Shown here: positions 10,682 through 21,997 of the stretch, in pieces
Position numbering within the stretch: position 1 is the first letter of the stretch
Layout: the number at the start of each line of letters is the position of its first letter
Origin: an uncultured Prolixibacteraceae bacterium
GTDB lineage: Bacteria; Bacteroidota; Bacteroidia; Bacteroidales; Prolixibacteraceae
DNA length: 64,000 nt
Direction of reading: 5' to 3'
Assembly: GCA_903865775.1 (NCBI GenBank)
Contig: CAIPKZ010000419.1
Location: 3,678 to 67,677, forward strand
Position numbers and translations under genes: made by a program
The notes under the pieces: model-generated
What the model saw: only the letters and a program-made list of their open reading frames with translations
Databases searched by the model: none
What the model was told of the DNA's origin: nothing

Positions 10682-13600
10682 ATGGCATTTTTAAATAAAA
10701 TTCTGGGCAAATTTCTGGGCAATAAAGCAGACAAAGATATGGCTGAAATTGCGCCAATGCTTGAACTTATCAAAAAAGAATACGAACGTATTAAACTTTT
10801 GTCAACTGATGAACTTCGGGACGAATCGGCCCGGTTAAAAGCAGTAATCCAGGAAAGGATCAAACCAGAGGAAGACCGGATCAAAGAACTCAATGAACTG
10901 GTGGAAACCGTTGAAATTCAGGAAAGTGAAAAGCTTTACCAGGAAATCGACAAATTGGAAGAAAAAATTACAGATAAGTTGGAAGCGGTTTTGAACGAAA
11001 TCTTGCCGGCAGCTTTCTCGGTTGTGAAAGCTACTGCAAAACTCTTTTTTGAAAATGAGCGGATTGTTGCAAAAGCAACTGATTTCGACCGTGATCTGGC
11101 TGCTGTACGAAATAGTATTGAAATTGAAGGAGAAAACGCGGTCTGGTTCAATAAATGGATGGCCGGCGGAAACCAAATCACCTGGGATATGGTTCATTAC
11201 GATGTTCAGCTCATCGGAGGTATTGTTCTGCATCAGGGTAAAGTTGCTGAAATGGGCACTGGTGAAGGAAAAACACTGGTTGCAACTTTGGCTGTATTCC
11301 TGAATGCATTGGCCGGAAGAGGTGTTCACCTGGTTACAGTAAACGATTACCTGTCGAAACGTGACTCGGAGTGGATGGGGCCGATCTTCGAATTTCATGG
11401 TCTGAGCGTGGATTGTATCGACAAACATCAGCCAAACTCCGAAGGCCGCCGCAAAGCATATCTTGCCGATGTCACTTACGGAACCAATAACGAATTCGGG
11501 TTCGATTATTTGCGCGATAATATGGCAATCAGCCCGCGCGATCTGGTACAACGCAAACATCATTATTCAATCGTCGATGAGGTCGATTCGGTTTTGATCG
11601 ATGATGCCCGTACTCCTCTGATTATTTCAGGACCAATTCCTAAAGGCGAAATTCAGAAATTTGAAGAACTTAAGCCAAAGGTTGAAAAACTATATGCAGC
11701 ACAGCGAAACCAGGTCAATCAGTGTCTTTCGGATGCCAAACGTATCCTGAATAATCCCAATGCAACCAAGGATGAGAAAGAAGCCGGTTCGATTCTGCTT
11801 TTGCGTGCACACAAGGGTTTGCCAAAAAATAAGGCCATCATCAAATTCCTGAGTGAAGAAGGAATAAAGGCCATGATGACCAAAACAGAAAATTACCATA
11901 TGCAGGACAATAACAAGCTCATGCATATTGTTACTGATGATCTGTTTTTTGTGATCGAAGAAAAGCAAAATTCGGTAGAATTGACCGATAAGGGAATTGA
12001 CCTGATTTCGGATGATAATGATGACCCAACATTCTTCGTTCTGCCTGACGTTGGCTCTGAAATTGCTGAAATTGAACAAAATAAAGAATTGACCAAAGAG
12101 CAGGTTCTGGAAAAGAAAGATGAATTACTGACCAGTTATTCGATCAAATCGGAACGTGTTCATACCATCAACCAGCTGTTGAAAGCCTACGCCATGTTCG
12201 AAAAGGATGTGGAATATGTAGTGATTGAAAATAAGGTGAAAATTGTGGACGAACAAACCGGCCGTATCATGGAAGGTCGTCGTTATTCTGACGGTTTACA
12301 CCAGGCTATTGAAGCCAAAGAGCATGTGAAAGTTGAAGCCGCTACGCAAACCTTTGCCACCATTACACTTCAGAATTACTTCAGGATGTATCACAAACTG
12401 GCCGGTATGACTGGTACTGCCGAAACTGAAGCAGGTGAGTTGTGGGACATCTACAAGCTGGATGTGGTGGTTATCCCGACCAACCGGAAAGTTATCCGTC
12501 AGGACCGCGAAGATTTGGTTTATAAAACCAAACGCGAAAAATACAGCGCCGTTGTTGACGAAATCGTTGAGCTGAATAAGATAGGAAGACCGGTTTTGGT
12601 AGGAACAACCTCGGTTGAAATCTCGGAATTACTGAGTCGTTACCTGAAAATGCGTGGCATCAAACACAACGTGCTGAATGCCAAAATGCATGCCCGTGAA
12701 GCTGAAATAGTTGCCGATGCCGGGGTAAATGGCATGGTGACCATCGCGACCAACATGGCTGGTCGTGGTACCGACATCAAATTAACTGCTGAAGTGAAGT
12801 CATTGGGTGGTTTGGCCATTATCGGTACCGAACGCCATGAGTCGCGTCGTGTCGACCGCCAGTTGCGCGGACGTTCCGGTCGACAGGGAGACCCGGGTTC
12901 TTCTCAGTTCTTTGTTTCGCTTGAAGACGATCTAATGCGTTTGTTTGGTTCCGACCGAATTACCGGAATCATGGATAAAATTGGTTTGAAGGAAGGCGAA
13001 ATGATTCAGCATTCCATGATTACCAAGTCGATTGAGCGGGCACAGAAAAAGGTTGAAGAGAATAACTTCGGAATTCGTAAACGCTTGCTGGAGTATGATG
13101 ATGTGATGAACTCTCAGCGTGAGGTAATCTATAAAAAGCGTCGTCATGCCTTGTTTGGCGACCGACTCGAAGTTGATATCCTAAATACCATGTACGATGT
13201 GATCGAAAATTTGGTCAGCGAATATCAGGAAAACGGAATGTTCGATGAGTTTAACAACGAACTGATCCGCCTGATGTCGATGGAATCGCCTGTTTCCGAA
13301 AAAGATTTTATGAACATGAAGGCCGATGACCTGGTCGATCAGATTTATCAGGAAATGGTTGCAAGCTATTCGCGAAGAATGGACATTATTGCCAAACAAG
13401 CCTATCCGGTAATTCGTGATGTTTATGAGACAAAATCTCACCTATACACCAATATTGTTGTTCCAATTTCGGATGGAAAACACATTTTCCAGATTATAAC
13501 TAATTTGGAAAAGGCATACAAAAACCAGGGAAAAGAACTGGTAAAATCATACCAGAAACAAACTGTTTTGTCGACCATCGACGATTCATGGAAAGAACAA

Positions 13601-14008
13601 CTACGCGAACTGGACGATCTGAAACAATCGGTTCAGAATGCCACTTACGAGCAAAAAGACCCGCTGCTGATCTTCAAATTTGAATCGTTCAATTTGTTTA
13701 AAATCATGATCAGCAAGGTGAACCGGTCGATCATTTCAATACTTTCTAAAGGTCACATCCCGATCAGCGAACAACAGCAAGTAAGGGAAGCTCAGGAACG
13801 TCGCGGACTTGATATGAGCAAGTTATCTACTTCAAAACAGGAATTGCCTGGCAGCTCAATCAATCCTAACCGCATAGCAGAGGAACCACGCGAACAGCGG
13901 CCGGTACAACCAATTCGGGTTGAAAAAAAGGTAGGACGAAACGATCCTTGTCCATGCGGAAGTGGTAAAAAATTCAAATCGTGCCATGGCAAAGATTTGG
14001 TAGATTAA
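10682..14008 (+). CDS. secA: Preprotein translocase ATPase SecA
   Basis: [38 protein letters not shown] and C-terminal SEC-C motif [13 protein letters not shown]. Confidence 0.99.
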   Translation: MAFLNKILGKFLGNKADKDMAEIAPMLELIKKEYERIKLLSTDELRDESARLKAVIQERIKPEEDRIKELNELVETVEIQESEKLYQEIDKLEEKITDKLEAVLNEILPAAFSVVKATAKLFFENERIVAKATDFDRDLAAVRNSIEIEGENAVWFNKWMAGGNQITWDMVHYDVQLIGGIVLHQGKVAEMGTGEGKTLVATLAVFLNALAGRGVHLVTVNDYLSKRDSEWMGPIFEFHGLSVDCIDKHQPNSEGRRKAYLADVTYGTNNEFGFDYLRDNMAISPRDLVQRKHHYSIVDEVDSVLIDDARTPLIISGPIPKGEIQKFEELKPKVEKLYAAQRNQVNQCLSDAKRILNNPNATKDEKEAGSILLLRAHKGLPKNKAIIKFLSEEGIKAMMTKTENYHMQDNNKLMHIVTDDLFFVIEEKQNSVELTDKGIDLISDDNDDPTFFVLPDVGSEIAEIEQNKELTKEQVLEKKDELLTSYSIKSERVHTINQLLKAYAMFEKDVEYVVIENKVKIVDEQTGRIMEGRRYSDGLHQAIEAKEHVKVEAATQTFATITLQNYFRMYHKLAGMTGTAETEAGELWDIYKLDVVVIPTNRKVIRQDREDLVYKTKREKYSAVVDEIVELNKIGRPVLVGTTSVEISELLSRYLKMRGIKHNVLNAKMHAREAEIVADAGVNGMVTIATNMAGRGTDIKLTAEVKSLGGLAIIGTERHESRRVDRQLRGRSGRQGDPGSSQFFVSLEDDLMRLFGSDRITGIMDKIGLKEGEMIQHSMITKSIERAQKKVEENNFGIRKRLLEYDDVMNSQREVIYKKRRHALFGDRLEVDILNTMYDVIENLVSEYQENGMFDEFNNELIRLMSMESPVSEKDFMNMKADDLVDQIYQEMVASYSRRMDIIAKQAYPVIRDVYETKSHLYTNIVVPISDGKHIFQIITNLEKAYKNQGKELVKSYQKQTVLSTIDDSWKEQLRELDDLKQSVQNATYEQKDPLLIFKFESFNLFKIMISKVNRSIISILSKGHIPISEQQQVREAQERRGLDMSKLSTSKQELPGSSINPNRIAEEPREQRPVQPIRVEKKVGRNDPCPCGSGKKFKSCHGKDLVD

Positions 14009-14062
14009 AAAAGCTGAATTTTAAGGTGGCATTTTCATATATTTGAATAAAACAGTATAACT

Positions 14063-14266
14063 ATGACAACAATAGTAATCAGACCAAAAAATAAGGCGGA
14101 AGAAAATCTTCTCAGTCGTCTTTTAAAGAAAATGAATATTGATACACAATTTGTTGAAGAACCAGTTCCTAATTTTGAATCCCGAAAAGCCATTGAGGAT
14201 GTTGAGCTCAGAAAAGGAACTTCGGTAAAAGATTCAAAAGAACTTTTCACCAAACTGGGAATATAA
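14063..14266 (+). CDS. Putative antitoxin (RelB/DinJ-like position)
   Basis: Small gene directly upstream of a YafQ-like toxin; PNFESRKAIEDV resembles the DinJ C-terminal PNxETxxAI motif. Confidence 0.7.
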   Translation: MTTIVIRPKNKAEENLLSRLLKKMNIDTQFVEEPVPNFESRKAIEDVELRKGTSVKDSKELFTKLGI

Positions 14267-14314
14267 TTTTAACAGGTTATATTAAAATTTCTTTTTTGTC
14301 AAATTAGCCGAAGA

Positions 14315-14590
14315 ATGTTTCAACTCGTTTTCACAAACAGAATTAAAAAAGACATTAAACTCCTTTAGAAAAGGGGTTTTAATATGGAATTGGTAAAAAA
14401 TTCAATTTTATTGCTTGAAGAAAATGGGAGCCTTTCTTCAGACTATTCTCCACATAAATTATCAGGAAATTACTCCGGATATTGGGAGGCACATATAAAA
14501 CCAGACTGGCTAATCATCTGGAAATTTTTGGTGGATGAAAACCAAATTTGGTTAACCCGTAAAGGTACACATTCTGATTTATTCAAATAA
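14315..14590 (+). pseudogene. yafQ: YafQ/RelE-family toxin interrupted by in-frame TAG at 14366-14368
   Basis: ATG 14315 reads MFQLVFTNRIKKDIKLL*KRGFNMELVK... in frame with HKLSGNY, EAHIKPDWLII and GTHSDLF. Confidence 0.8.
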
Positions 14591-14614
14591 ACAAACTGAA
14601 AACCGAACAACTAT

Positions 14615-15445
14615 ATGGACATTCTTTCATTTATTCACTGGAACGTTAGCCCTGAAATTATTTCAATGGGATCTATTCATGTTCGTTGGTACGGACTAAT
14701 GTTTGCACTTGGTTTTCTGTTCGGATACCATCATGTCGAAAAGATGTTCAAACACGAAAATGAAGACCTGAAATGGCTTGAAAGTCTGTTCATTTATCTG
14801 ATTGTTGCTACCGTTGTTGGCGCCCGTTTGGGTCATGTTTTTTTCTACGGATGGGAATACTATTCGCAGCATCCGATTGAAATACTGTACGTTTGGCAAG
14901 GAGGTTTAGCCAGTCATGGCGGCGTTCTTGGAATTATTGTGGCCATGATTCTTTGGAGTGTAAAGATTTCGAAACGCAATTTACTATGGGTTCTCGATCG
15001 GATTGTGGTTCCATCAGTATTAGTCGGGGCATTAATTCGTTTTGGAAACCTGATGAATTCAGAAATTTATGGCAATCCAACCACTTTGCCCTGGGGTTTT
15101 ATCTTCGAACGGAACCATGAAACGGTTGCCAAACATCCAACCCAGATTTATGAATCGCTGAGTTACCTGTTTACTTTTGGAGTTCTGTGGTTTATGTACT
15201 GGAAAACCAAAGCCAAATCGTATCAGGGACTTTTAACCGGGGTGTTTTTTCTGTTCGTTTTTGGAACCCGTTTCTGTATCGAATTTATCAAAGAGGTTCA
15301 GGAATCCTTTGAAAAGGGAATGAGTCTGGATATGGGGCAATGGCTGAGTATTCCATTTATTCTAACAGGAACAATCCTCATTATTTTGGCATTAAAGAAA
15401 GGCCCTAAGATCATCCAAAACCAGACAGTAACAGGCAAGAAATAG
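14615..15445 (+). CDS. lgt: Prolipoprotein diacylglyceryl transferase
   Basis: RWYG, GARLGHV, GGLASHGG, RFGNLMNSE and HPTQIYE motifs. Confidence 0.97.
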   Translation: MDILSFIHWNVSPEIISMGSIHVRWYGLMFALGFLFGYHHVEKMFKHENEDLKWLESLFIYLIVATVVGARLGHVFFYGWEYYSQHPIEILYVWQGGLASHGGVLGIIVAMILWSVKISKRNLLWVLDRIVVPSVLVGALIRFGNLMNSEIYGNPTTLPWGFIFERNHETVAKHPTQIYESLSYLFTFGVLWFMYWKTKAKSYQGLLTGVFFLFVFGTRFCIEFIKEVQESFEKGMSLDMGQWLSIPFILTGTILIILALKKGPKIIQNQTVTGKK

Positions 15446-15454
15446 ACCTTAAAA

Positions 15455-16450
15455 TCAATTTCCGATCTGTTTTTCCAGCTTTTCAATCTCATATTTCCTT
15501 AAGGTTAAAACCCTTATGTATTGCTCGCAGTTGACTTCATATGGCTCATTATATTTGGTCAAAACCTTATGATTTAACCATTCGATTGCCAAATCATATT
15601 TTCCTTCCATTTCGCAAACAAGTGCCATGTTGTAACATGCTTTGGCGGCAATTTCCTCATTTATATTCTTCGTTTGCCGATTCCAGATTTCTCCGGCTTT
15701 GAGCCAATCCTTACTGATTGCATATTTCTCTGCCTTAAGCATTTCAGAATTTTTAGACTGATAATATATTCGTTCAACCGGAACCCATGAAGGAATTATT
15801 TTTGTTCCAAAGCATTTTCCAAGATGGTTCGAAGCATCCTTGTAGATTTGTTGCGAGTGGGGGTTCTTCTGCTGGATATCCTTTAATTGAGATTTGCTGA
15901 AAAACAATGTATCTATTTGATTATAAATGGTTGGTGAAGATGTATTACCTCGATAGGTTATTGTCCAGGATAGAACTGCCTTGGTACGGAATGTGCCATC
16001 GAAGAAGCTATACACTCCATTTTCGAATTGAAAAAGATCAAGAAAAATTAAAGCATCTGCTTTGGTCATTTCAATTAGATCCGAAGATTTTTGCATCAAA
16101 TAAGGATCTTCCGGTCTGTTGTTCAGGCTATCACGATAATTACTCACTTTTTGAAAATAAGCTTCTTTTTCGAAAAAACTGGTCAGACCATCAACACAGC
16201 AATTCGAAAGTTCTTCGTTATTGAGCATTGTATCACACACAAAATTGCTTTTGCATAAATCGTCCACAGAACGGGTATAATTCTTAAAATCCCGTTTGAA
16301 GATGGCAACAGTTTTAACATTCTCAGGAATAGCGAAATCTACGGGTTTCATAATCTCAATCCGGATAGTTTTTAAGCTATCGGTTAATTTGCATGAAGTC
16401 AGGCTTATCAAGGCCAGTAGAAGAGGTAAAACTATTCTGTTTGAAGTCAT
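15455..16450 (-). CDS. DUF6340-like TPR lipoprotein, paralog 4 of 4 in transcription order
   Basis: Lipobox LTSC, IEIMKP, WVPVERIYY and KACYNMALVCEMEG. Confidence 0.75.
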   Translation of the reverse strand: MTSNRIVLPLLLALISLTSCKLTDSLKTIRIEIMKPVDFAIPENVKTVAIFKRDFKNYTRSVDDLCKSNFVCDTMLNNEELSNCCVDGLTSFFEKEAYFQKVSNYRDSLNNRPEDPYLMQKSSDLIEMTKADALIFLDLFQFENGVYSFFDGTFRTKAVLSWTITYRGNTSSPTIYNQIDTLFFSKSQLKDIQQKNPHSQQIYKDASNHLGKCFGTKIIPSWVPVERIYYQSKNSEMLKAEKYAISKDWLKAGEIWNRQTKNINEEIAAKACYNMALVCEMEGKYDLAIEWLNHKVLTKYNEPYEVNCEQYIRVLTLRKYEIEKLEKQIGN

Positions 16451-16473
16451 ATTAGGTTCTTATAAGATAGTTT

Positions 16474-17562
16474 TCAGTTTTCTGTGCTATTCATTGTTCT
16501 CTTCATTTGTTTGTCCAATCGATCAATTTCTTTTTTACGATTGACCAGAATATTCACGTACCGCTGACAATTCTTCCGATGTTCATCATTGTTTTTCTGC
16601 AGGTATGTATATGACTTGACCAGCCAGTCAATCGCAGCATCCGGTTTGCCTTCCATCTCACACGCCACGGCCATGTTGTAAGATGCCTTGGCCGCTATTT
16701 TCTTGTTTTTATTCTTCGTTTCCCTGTTCCAGATTTCCGCAGCTTTCAGCCAGTCCTGATTATGCGCCAGTTTTTCTGCCTTGAGCATTTCAATATTCCG
16801 CGAGTTGTAGTACATCCGGTCAACCCGTGTCCAGGTAGGAATAACTTTCGGACCGAAAGATTTTCCCAGATAATTGGACGAATTATTCAATAACATACCC
16901 AATGTTTTCTCCTTATACCTCGAATAACTATTAACCTGTTCCTGATCAAAAAAAAGTGTATCTGTAAGATTATAGGAGTACGCCAGACTGTCGGTTTTAA
17001 ATACAACAGTCCATAGCAGGTTTGCCCGGGCTGTGAAAGGAAATGCAAAATACTTGTTATAAGTGGGGTTTAAATAGAAAAAATCAAGAAAAATACAAAC
17101 ATCCGATTTTGTTTTTTCAAACATTTCATCACGACTTTCAATACTTCCGGCAACTTTAAAAAGCCATTTCAAACTGTCGCCGGACGGGATCACTTTTTTA
17201 AAATAACTTTCCTCTTTTAAATAGGTAGTCAGCGCATTCACACAGGTGTCCGATAGATTCTGATATTTGATTGAGGTATCCTTAACCATTTCATACAATG
17301 AATGGTATTTAATCGTGGTATCCCTTTTTGTTAATAAAGTAGTATCCTGAACCTTAAAATAACCGGTAGAATAATAAAAAGTACAGGTATCCGATTTGAA
17401 CAAATCACGGTTTATAACAGCCACCGTGAGGTCCTTTGGAATATTAAAAATTCCAGGCTTCAGGATTTCGATCTGAAAAAGCTTTAATTGACTGGTTATC
17501 TTACAGCCAGATAACCCAATCACAATGAATAGAATAGAGATGAAAGTTTTAAGGAATCTCAT
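16474..17562 (-). CDS. DUF6340-like TPR lipoprotein, paralog 3
   Basis: Lipobox LSGC, IEILKP, WTRVDRMYY and KASYNMAVACEMEG. Confidence 0.75.
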   Translation of the reverse strand: MRFLKTFISILFIVIGLSGCKITSQLKLFQIEILKPGIFNIPKDLTVAVINRDLFKSDTCTFYYSTGYFKVQDTTLLTKRDTTIKYHSLYEMVKDTSIKYQNLSDTCVNALTTYLKEESYFKKVIPSGDSLKWLFKVAGSIESRDEMFEKTKSDVCIFLDFFYLNPTYNKYFAFPFTARANLLWTVVFKTDSLAYSYNLTDTLFFDQEQVNSYSRYKEKTLGMLLNNSSNYLGKSFGPKVIPTWTRVDRMYYNSRNIEMLKAEKLAHNQDWLKAAEIWNRETKNKNKKIAAKASYNMAVACEMEGKPDAAIDWLVKSYTYLQKNNDEHRKNCQRYVNILVNRKKEIDRLDKQMKRTMNSTEN

Positions 17563-18571
17563 ACTGAGTACTTAGCTTGTTAAGCTCATTCTTCCTTCGG
17601 TACAGAATAGCCGAATATTTCCGAACAGCCTCGTTTTCGGACGACATAAAAACACCTGAACTGGCAGTTGCAGCCTGGCTCGTCAACTTTAAGGCCCGGT
17701 CAACATCTCCATTCATTTCGCTTGCCAAAGCCAGATTGTATAACGAAATAGTTTTCTTTTGTTTGTTTCTGCTTTCTGCACCTTTCTGCCAGATGGAACT
17801 TGCTTCGTCCCATTTATTATCCTTCGCAAGCTTTGCAGCCTTCTGAAATCCGGCATCATGGGATGTCATGATATCGCGGTAAACCATGATCCATGAAGGC
17901 AGAACGTGTTTTGCGTAATTTGATCCAATTACACCAGCGGCAATAGGTATTGCAGCTTGCTTTTCAGGTATCAGGCTTTTTTTATAGTTTCCGGCTTCAT
18001 CTTTTCCATCCCAGTACAAAGTGTCAATATGAACAAACCGATCAATTATTTTTTGCTGTTTACTGGCATAAAACGACCATATATTGGAAGTTACCACTTT
18101 CGCATCCGAGAATTCATCGGATTGACTATAAAAATAAGAGAACATATCCAAAAGAATAATCCCGTCGGCACCTGTTTTATCGGCCAGATTTTGGTACCAT
18201 TCACCTTTTGCAGGCCGGATCTCTTTTACACGATATTCAGGGAATGTAGAAGAGGGTAAAATCCTGATGCTATCGAAACGATTTTGAGCCAATAACTTAA
18301 CTGAAAGACTATCCAGACAAGTTTCCAATGCCATACTTTCGATGCATAACTTTACTTTGTCCTTTACCAATTTATGATTTTTTACCCGATAGTTTTGCAA
18401 GGTGTCGTTCGCATACTTCAGGTTCCTTGAAACAATGGCAATCTTTTTAATTTCCGGAGGAAGAACCAGCTTGGAAGGTTGCATGACTTCAATCGAAAAT
18501 TTTTCATAACTCAGGCATGAACTCAAAATCAACAACAATGCAAGCCAAAGTAATCCGGAATTTCGTTTCAT
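17549..18571 (-). CDS. DUF6340-like TPR lipoprotein, paralog 2
   Basis: Start ATG 18571 lies 1 nt after the upstream stop. Lipobox LSSC, IEVMQP and YNLALASEMNG. Confidence 0.75.
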   Translation of the reverse strand: MKRNSGLLWLALLLILSSCLSYEKFSIEVMQPSKLVLPPEIKKIAIVSRNLKYANDTLQNYRVKNHKLVKDKVKLCIESMALETCLDSLSVKLLAQNRFDSIRILPSSTFPEYRVKEIRPAKGEWYQNLADKTGADGIILLDMFSYFYSQSDEFSDAKVVTSNIWSFYASKQQKIIDRFVHIDTLYWDGKDEAGNYKKSLIPEKQAAIPIAAGVIGSNYAKHVLPSWIMVYRDIMTSHDAGFQKAAKLAKDNKWDEASSIWQKGAESRNKQKKTISLYNLALASEMNGDVDRALKLTSQAATASSGVFMSSENEAVRKYSAILYRRKNELNKLSTQYEIP

Positions 18572-18572
18572 G

Positions 18573-19628
18573 TTATTTTGTTTTTTGCAAGGTTTCTTTG
18601 CGGACATTAAGCTTTTTAAGGTATGTTTCTGTCTGAAAACGGTAATAGGTATAAAACGATTTCAGGCCCAATTCAATTGCACCATCAAGATCACCATTTA
18701 ATTCCCGGATAAGGGCCAGGTTAAATTCAGCTTTACTTTTCACTTTTATATTCGTCGACTGAGCCATCTCGTTCCAGAGTTTACCGGCCTCTTCATAGTT
18801 ATTTTCATTCATCAATTGCTGTCCCCGATCATCTTTGCTCTGGAATAAAAAGTATCCTCTCTTTTCAGGAATCCAGGTAGGAGAGAGCTTTTGATCCAAG
18901 TCGAGGGCTATTTTAATTCCAGCATTAAGCATTGCCTGTTTGATTGAAGGTAATTTTCGGAACAATCTTTCCTGCGTGTAATCAGCGCTTTCCCAATTAA
19001 TGGTGTCAATCAGTTCGATTTCCTTCACCAGAGTTTTAAGACCCGGTTTATATATTCTGAAAAAAGCATCGTATTTCAAATCAAGCGAAGCATAATAATT
19101 ATAGTTCGCGCCGGTATTGGGATCAATAAATTTTTCTGAAGTGTAGTCAGCCATTGCTTTGGTTGAAAACCTTTCCAAAACCATTAGGGCATCCGTGTTG
19201 TAGTCGGCACAAATGGCCTTGATTCGTTCAGGAGTTAAGGTATCCGGAAGCATTTCATAGGGAAGGTATCGGTTCATATTTCGTTTTAACGGAACCACTA
19301 TATCATACCGTCCGGATTCAAATAATAATGCAGCCAAAGCCCGGATTGTTGTATCGGACGCAGCGCTATCCAAAATGATTTTTGAAAGCTGATATCCTTT
19401 CCGGTAAAAATACTTTTGGAGCGAATCTTCACGATAATTCTCAAACTGATTCGTCATGCTTCGATTCATCAAAGTTATACTTTGTATATCGGAAGGAAGC
19501 TCCTCATTTGCTGGTCGTGCATTTTCGATGCTGAGTACTGCAAAATTACTTTTACACGAAACCGCAATCGTTGCAGCAATGAAAAATAGAATAATCCGGT
19601 TGAATATGATTTTGTTGACCAGAAACAT
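18573..19628 (-). CDS. DUF6340-like TPR lipoprotein, paralog 1
   Basis: Lipobox AVSC, IENARP and FNLALIRELNG. Confidence 0.75.
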   Translation of the reverse strand: MFLVNKIIFNRIILFFIAATIAVSCKSNFAVLSIENARPANEELPSDIQSITLMNRSMTNQFENYREDSLQKYFYRKGYQLSKIILDSAASDTTIRALAALLFESGRYDIVVPLKRNMNRYLPYEMLPDTLTPERIKAICADYNTDALMVLERFSTKAMADYTSEKFIDPNTGANYNYYASLDLKYDAFFRIYKPGLKTLVKEIELIDTINWESADYTQERLFRKLPSIKQAMLNAGIKIALDLDQKLSPTWIPEKRGYFLFQSKDDRGQQLMNENNYEEAGKLWNEMAQSTNIKVKSKAEFNLALIRELNGDLDGAIELGLKSFYTYYRFQTETYLKKLNVRKETLQKTK

Positions 19629-19640
19629 CGTATGTTTTAG

Positions 19641-21710
19641 TTAATAAATCCCCCAATATTTTCTAAAAAACCACTCAACGCCTACCAGCAAAATAAGCAG
19701 TATAAACAGTGATTTCAAATTAATCCATTCGGTTTGAAAGGTTTGTTGATGTTGCTGAACGGCAATCTGTTTGTTCGCCCTGATTGTATCAAGTAATGTG
19801 CCATAATCGCTTAAGGGGAAAAACTTTCCGCCAGTAATTTCAGACAATTGATATAAAACACCGAAATCGGCTCTTGTATTTTGAATTTCAAGTTCGTTTT
19901 TCACAATACTGAAACTTCCTCTTTCAGTAAAATGCTGATCGCCAATATTTGTTTCAGCTTCGTAGGTATAATCTCCGGTCCGTAAATTACCGGCATTTAA
20001 GCGGTAAGCATCGCTGGAGCGGTCGAATTGGTAAGTGAATTCACGAAGGCTGTCGTTCTTAATCCGGATATTTACGTCCGGAGTGTTAACCAATTCATAG
20101 CTATCATTGTACAATTCGGCAATCAATTCTATCGCATCGGTTTCCTGAAAAAGTGCCGGATGGAAAATATTAAAGTTATCTTCGTTTTGCTTCAAAGCCA
20201 GGTATTGCATCGATTTTTGAACTAATTCATTGAATGCATCGTTATTTCTGCTTGTCTGATAATCGTACAAACGCCACCGCCAAAGTCCTTCGCCTGCAAT
20301 AAATCCAATTTTCCGGCCTTTATTAGAACCAAAAGCAATCAATGTTTTACTGGTCTGAATATTCCTGATGGTCTGATGTGCTAGATTTTGCATCATTGGT
20401 GCCAATTCGGTATTACCGAATGGAGAAACTAATGGTGGAGCAGTTTCCATCATCTTTTTTGTATCATCCAAAAGTATGAACAAGGAAAAGTTATTGTCGA
20501 TCAATGCCTGCACTTCTTCCGTATTATTACTGGTGGTGATCTTTAAACCCAATTCAAGCGAATTCAGCTGATCAAGTATAGTGTTCGGACCTATCAGGAA
20601 TAAAACGGGTATTCTGCTCTCTTTTATTTTGGACAGAAGTTTGCTGGCCGAATTCTTTTGGGAAGGTAATTGATTGATTATGATTAAACTGTATAAAGAA
20701 AGACTATCCGGAAAATCATTGCCGGTAAGAAGCTTTACATCATAGTTTTGGAGTTCAGAAAGACTGTTGCTGATAGCTCCCAAATCGGGATGTGGTCCAT
20801 CACTCAGCATCAGAATTTTTTGTTTGTTTTCCAGAACCTGAATCACAAACTCAAATTCATTATTCTTTAAATTAATCTCACCTTCAAACGACCTGATTTT
20901 AACTTTATAATGTTGCAGACCGGTTTCGTCAGCTTCCAGATTTACAAGTTGTAATTTAAAGTCGTCATCAGAATTAATAGGTAAGGTGCTCGAATTGATC
21001 AGTTTATGGTTGTGCTCAATATCAATAAACGCGATTTTGTTGTTCAGTTTCGAGAACTTCATTTCGATCTCAACCGGAAATTTATTTTTTAGAAATGCGA
21101 TTTTATTGGTTTTAACTTTTCCAATCAGTGCATCTGTTCTTCGGGTTGTATCTCCAACACCGAGTGTATAAACAGGAAATTTTAAGTCAGCAGCCAGATT
21201 TTCCGGATTTTGACCTTGATTATATATTCCGTCACCAAATAAGATTAAAGCACCGATATTTTTATTGATGTAATTATTTTTCAACGATTTAAGCATCTGC
21301 CCGTAATCCGATCTGCGATCAGTTCCGGAAAATTTTTCGGTATTCTCAACTTTCTCGCCAAACGACCAAAATTCGAGCTGGTAATCTTCTTTGAGCTGAT
21401 CCTGAATGGATTGATTAAATTGAGCGATTGAAGTCAAAAAGGTGCTAACTGATTGAGAATTATCCACTGCAACTGCAAGAATTGGAAGTTGCTTAATCTT
21501 TTTTGTACTCTCCATTAAAGGTGAAAGCAAAAAAATGAATATCAGACAAAGTGATAGAAAACGTAAAAATGCAAGGAATCCAATCTGAGGCCGTGACAGG
21601 CTCTTCGTCTCAGAATTCCGAAAGTATAGCAAATAACTTATACCTGCTGCCAATACGATGGCCAACAAAATATATAATCCGGCAAAACTGTGGTCAAAAC
21701 TAATTTCCAA
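19641..21710 (-). CDS. Membrane-anchored vWA-domain protein
   Basis: N-terminal TM helices, MIDAS-like VDNSQS and GDGIYNQG, glutamine-amidotransferase-like middle region, C-terminal TM (EWFFRKYWG). Confidence 0.75.
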   Translation of the reverse strand: MEISFDHSFAGLYILLAIVLAAGISYLLYFRNSETKSLSRPQIGFLAFLRFLSLCLIFIFLLSPLMESTKKIKQLPILAVAVDNSQSVSTFLTSIAQFNQSIQDQLKEDYQLEFWSFGEKVENTEKFSGTDRRSDYGQMLKSLKNNYINKNIGALILFGDGIYNQGQNPENLAADLKFPVYTLGVGDTTRRTDALIGKVKTNKIAFLKNKFPVEIEMKFSKLNNKIAFIDIEHNHKLINSSTLPINSDDDFKLQLVNLEADETGLQHYKVKIRSFEGEINLKNNEFEFVIQVLENKQKILMLSDGPHPDLGAISNSLSELQNYDVKLLTGNDFPDSLSLYSLIIINQLPSQKNSASKLLSKIKESRIPVLFLIGPNTILDQLNSLELGLKITTSNNTEEVQALIDNNFSLFILLDDTKKMMETAPPLVSPFGNTELAPMMQNLAHQTIRNIQTSKTLIAFGSNKGRKIGFIAGEGLWRWRLYDYQTSRNNDAFNELVQKSMQYLALKQNEDNFNIFHPALFQETDAIELIAELYNDSYELVNTPDVNIRIKNDSLREFTYQFDRSSDAYRLNAGNLRTGDYTYEAETNIGDQHFTERGSFSIVKNELEIQNTRADFGVLYQLSEITGGKFFPLSDYGTLLDTIRANKQIAVQQHQQTFQTEWINLKSLFILLILLVGVEWFFRKYWGIY

Positions 21711-21997
21711 TGCGCTTCATGTTTTAGGAACATCCAAAATTAACAAACTTGGCTTAATCAGGCATCCATGTTGAATACTTTCTGTTTAATAAATCAAACT
21801 TTATTACGTTTGATTTATTAACGTATATTTTATGACTAGCCTGGATTCTTTCAGATTGTGCAGGCGCATCTATTTTTGACCTTATTGGAATAATTTGATT
21901 AGTTTTAAAAGTTATATTTCTGGAATTATTTGGTTCAGAAAATTAAAAAACAGGGTAGGGAAGTGCGGTATTCAGCATAATTAATTCTTTAGGTTGC

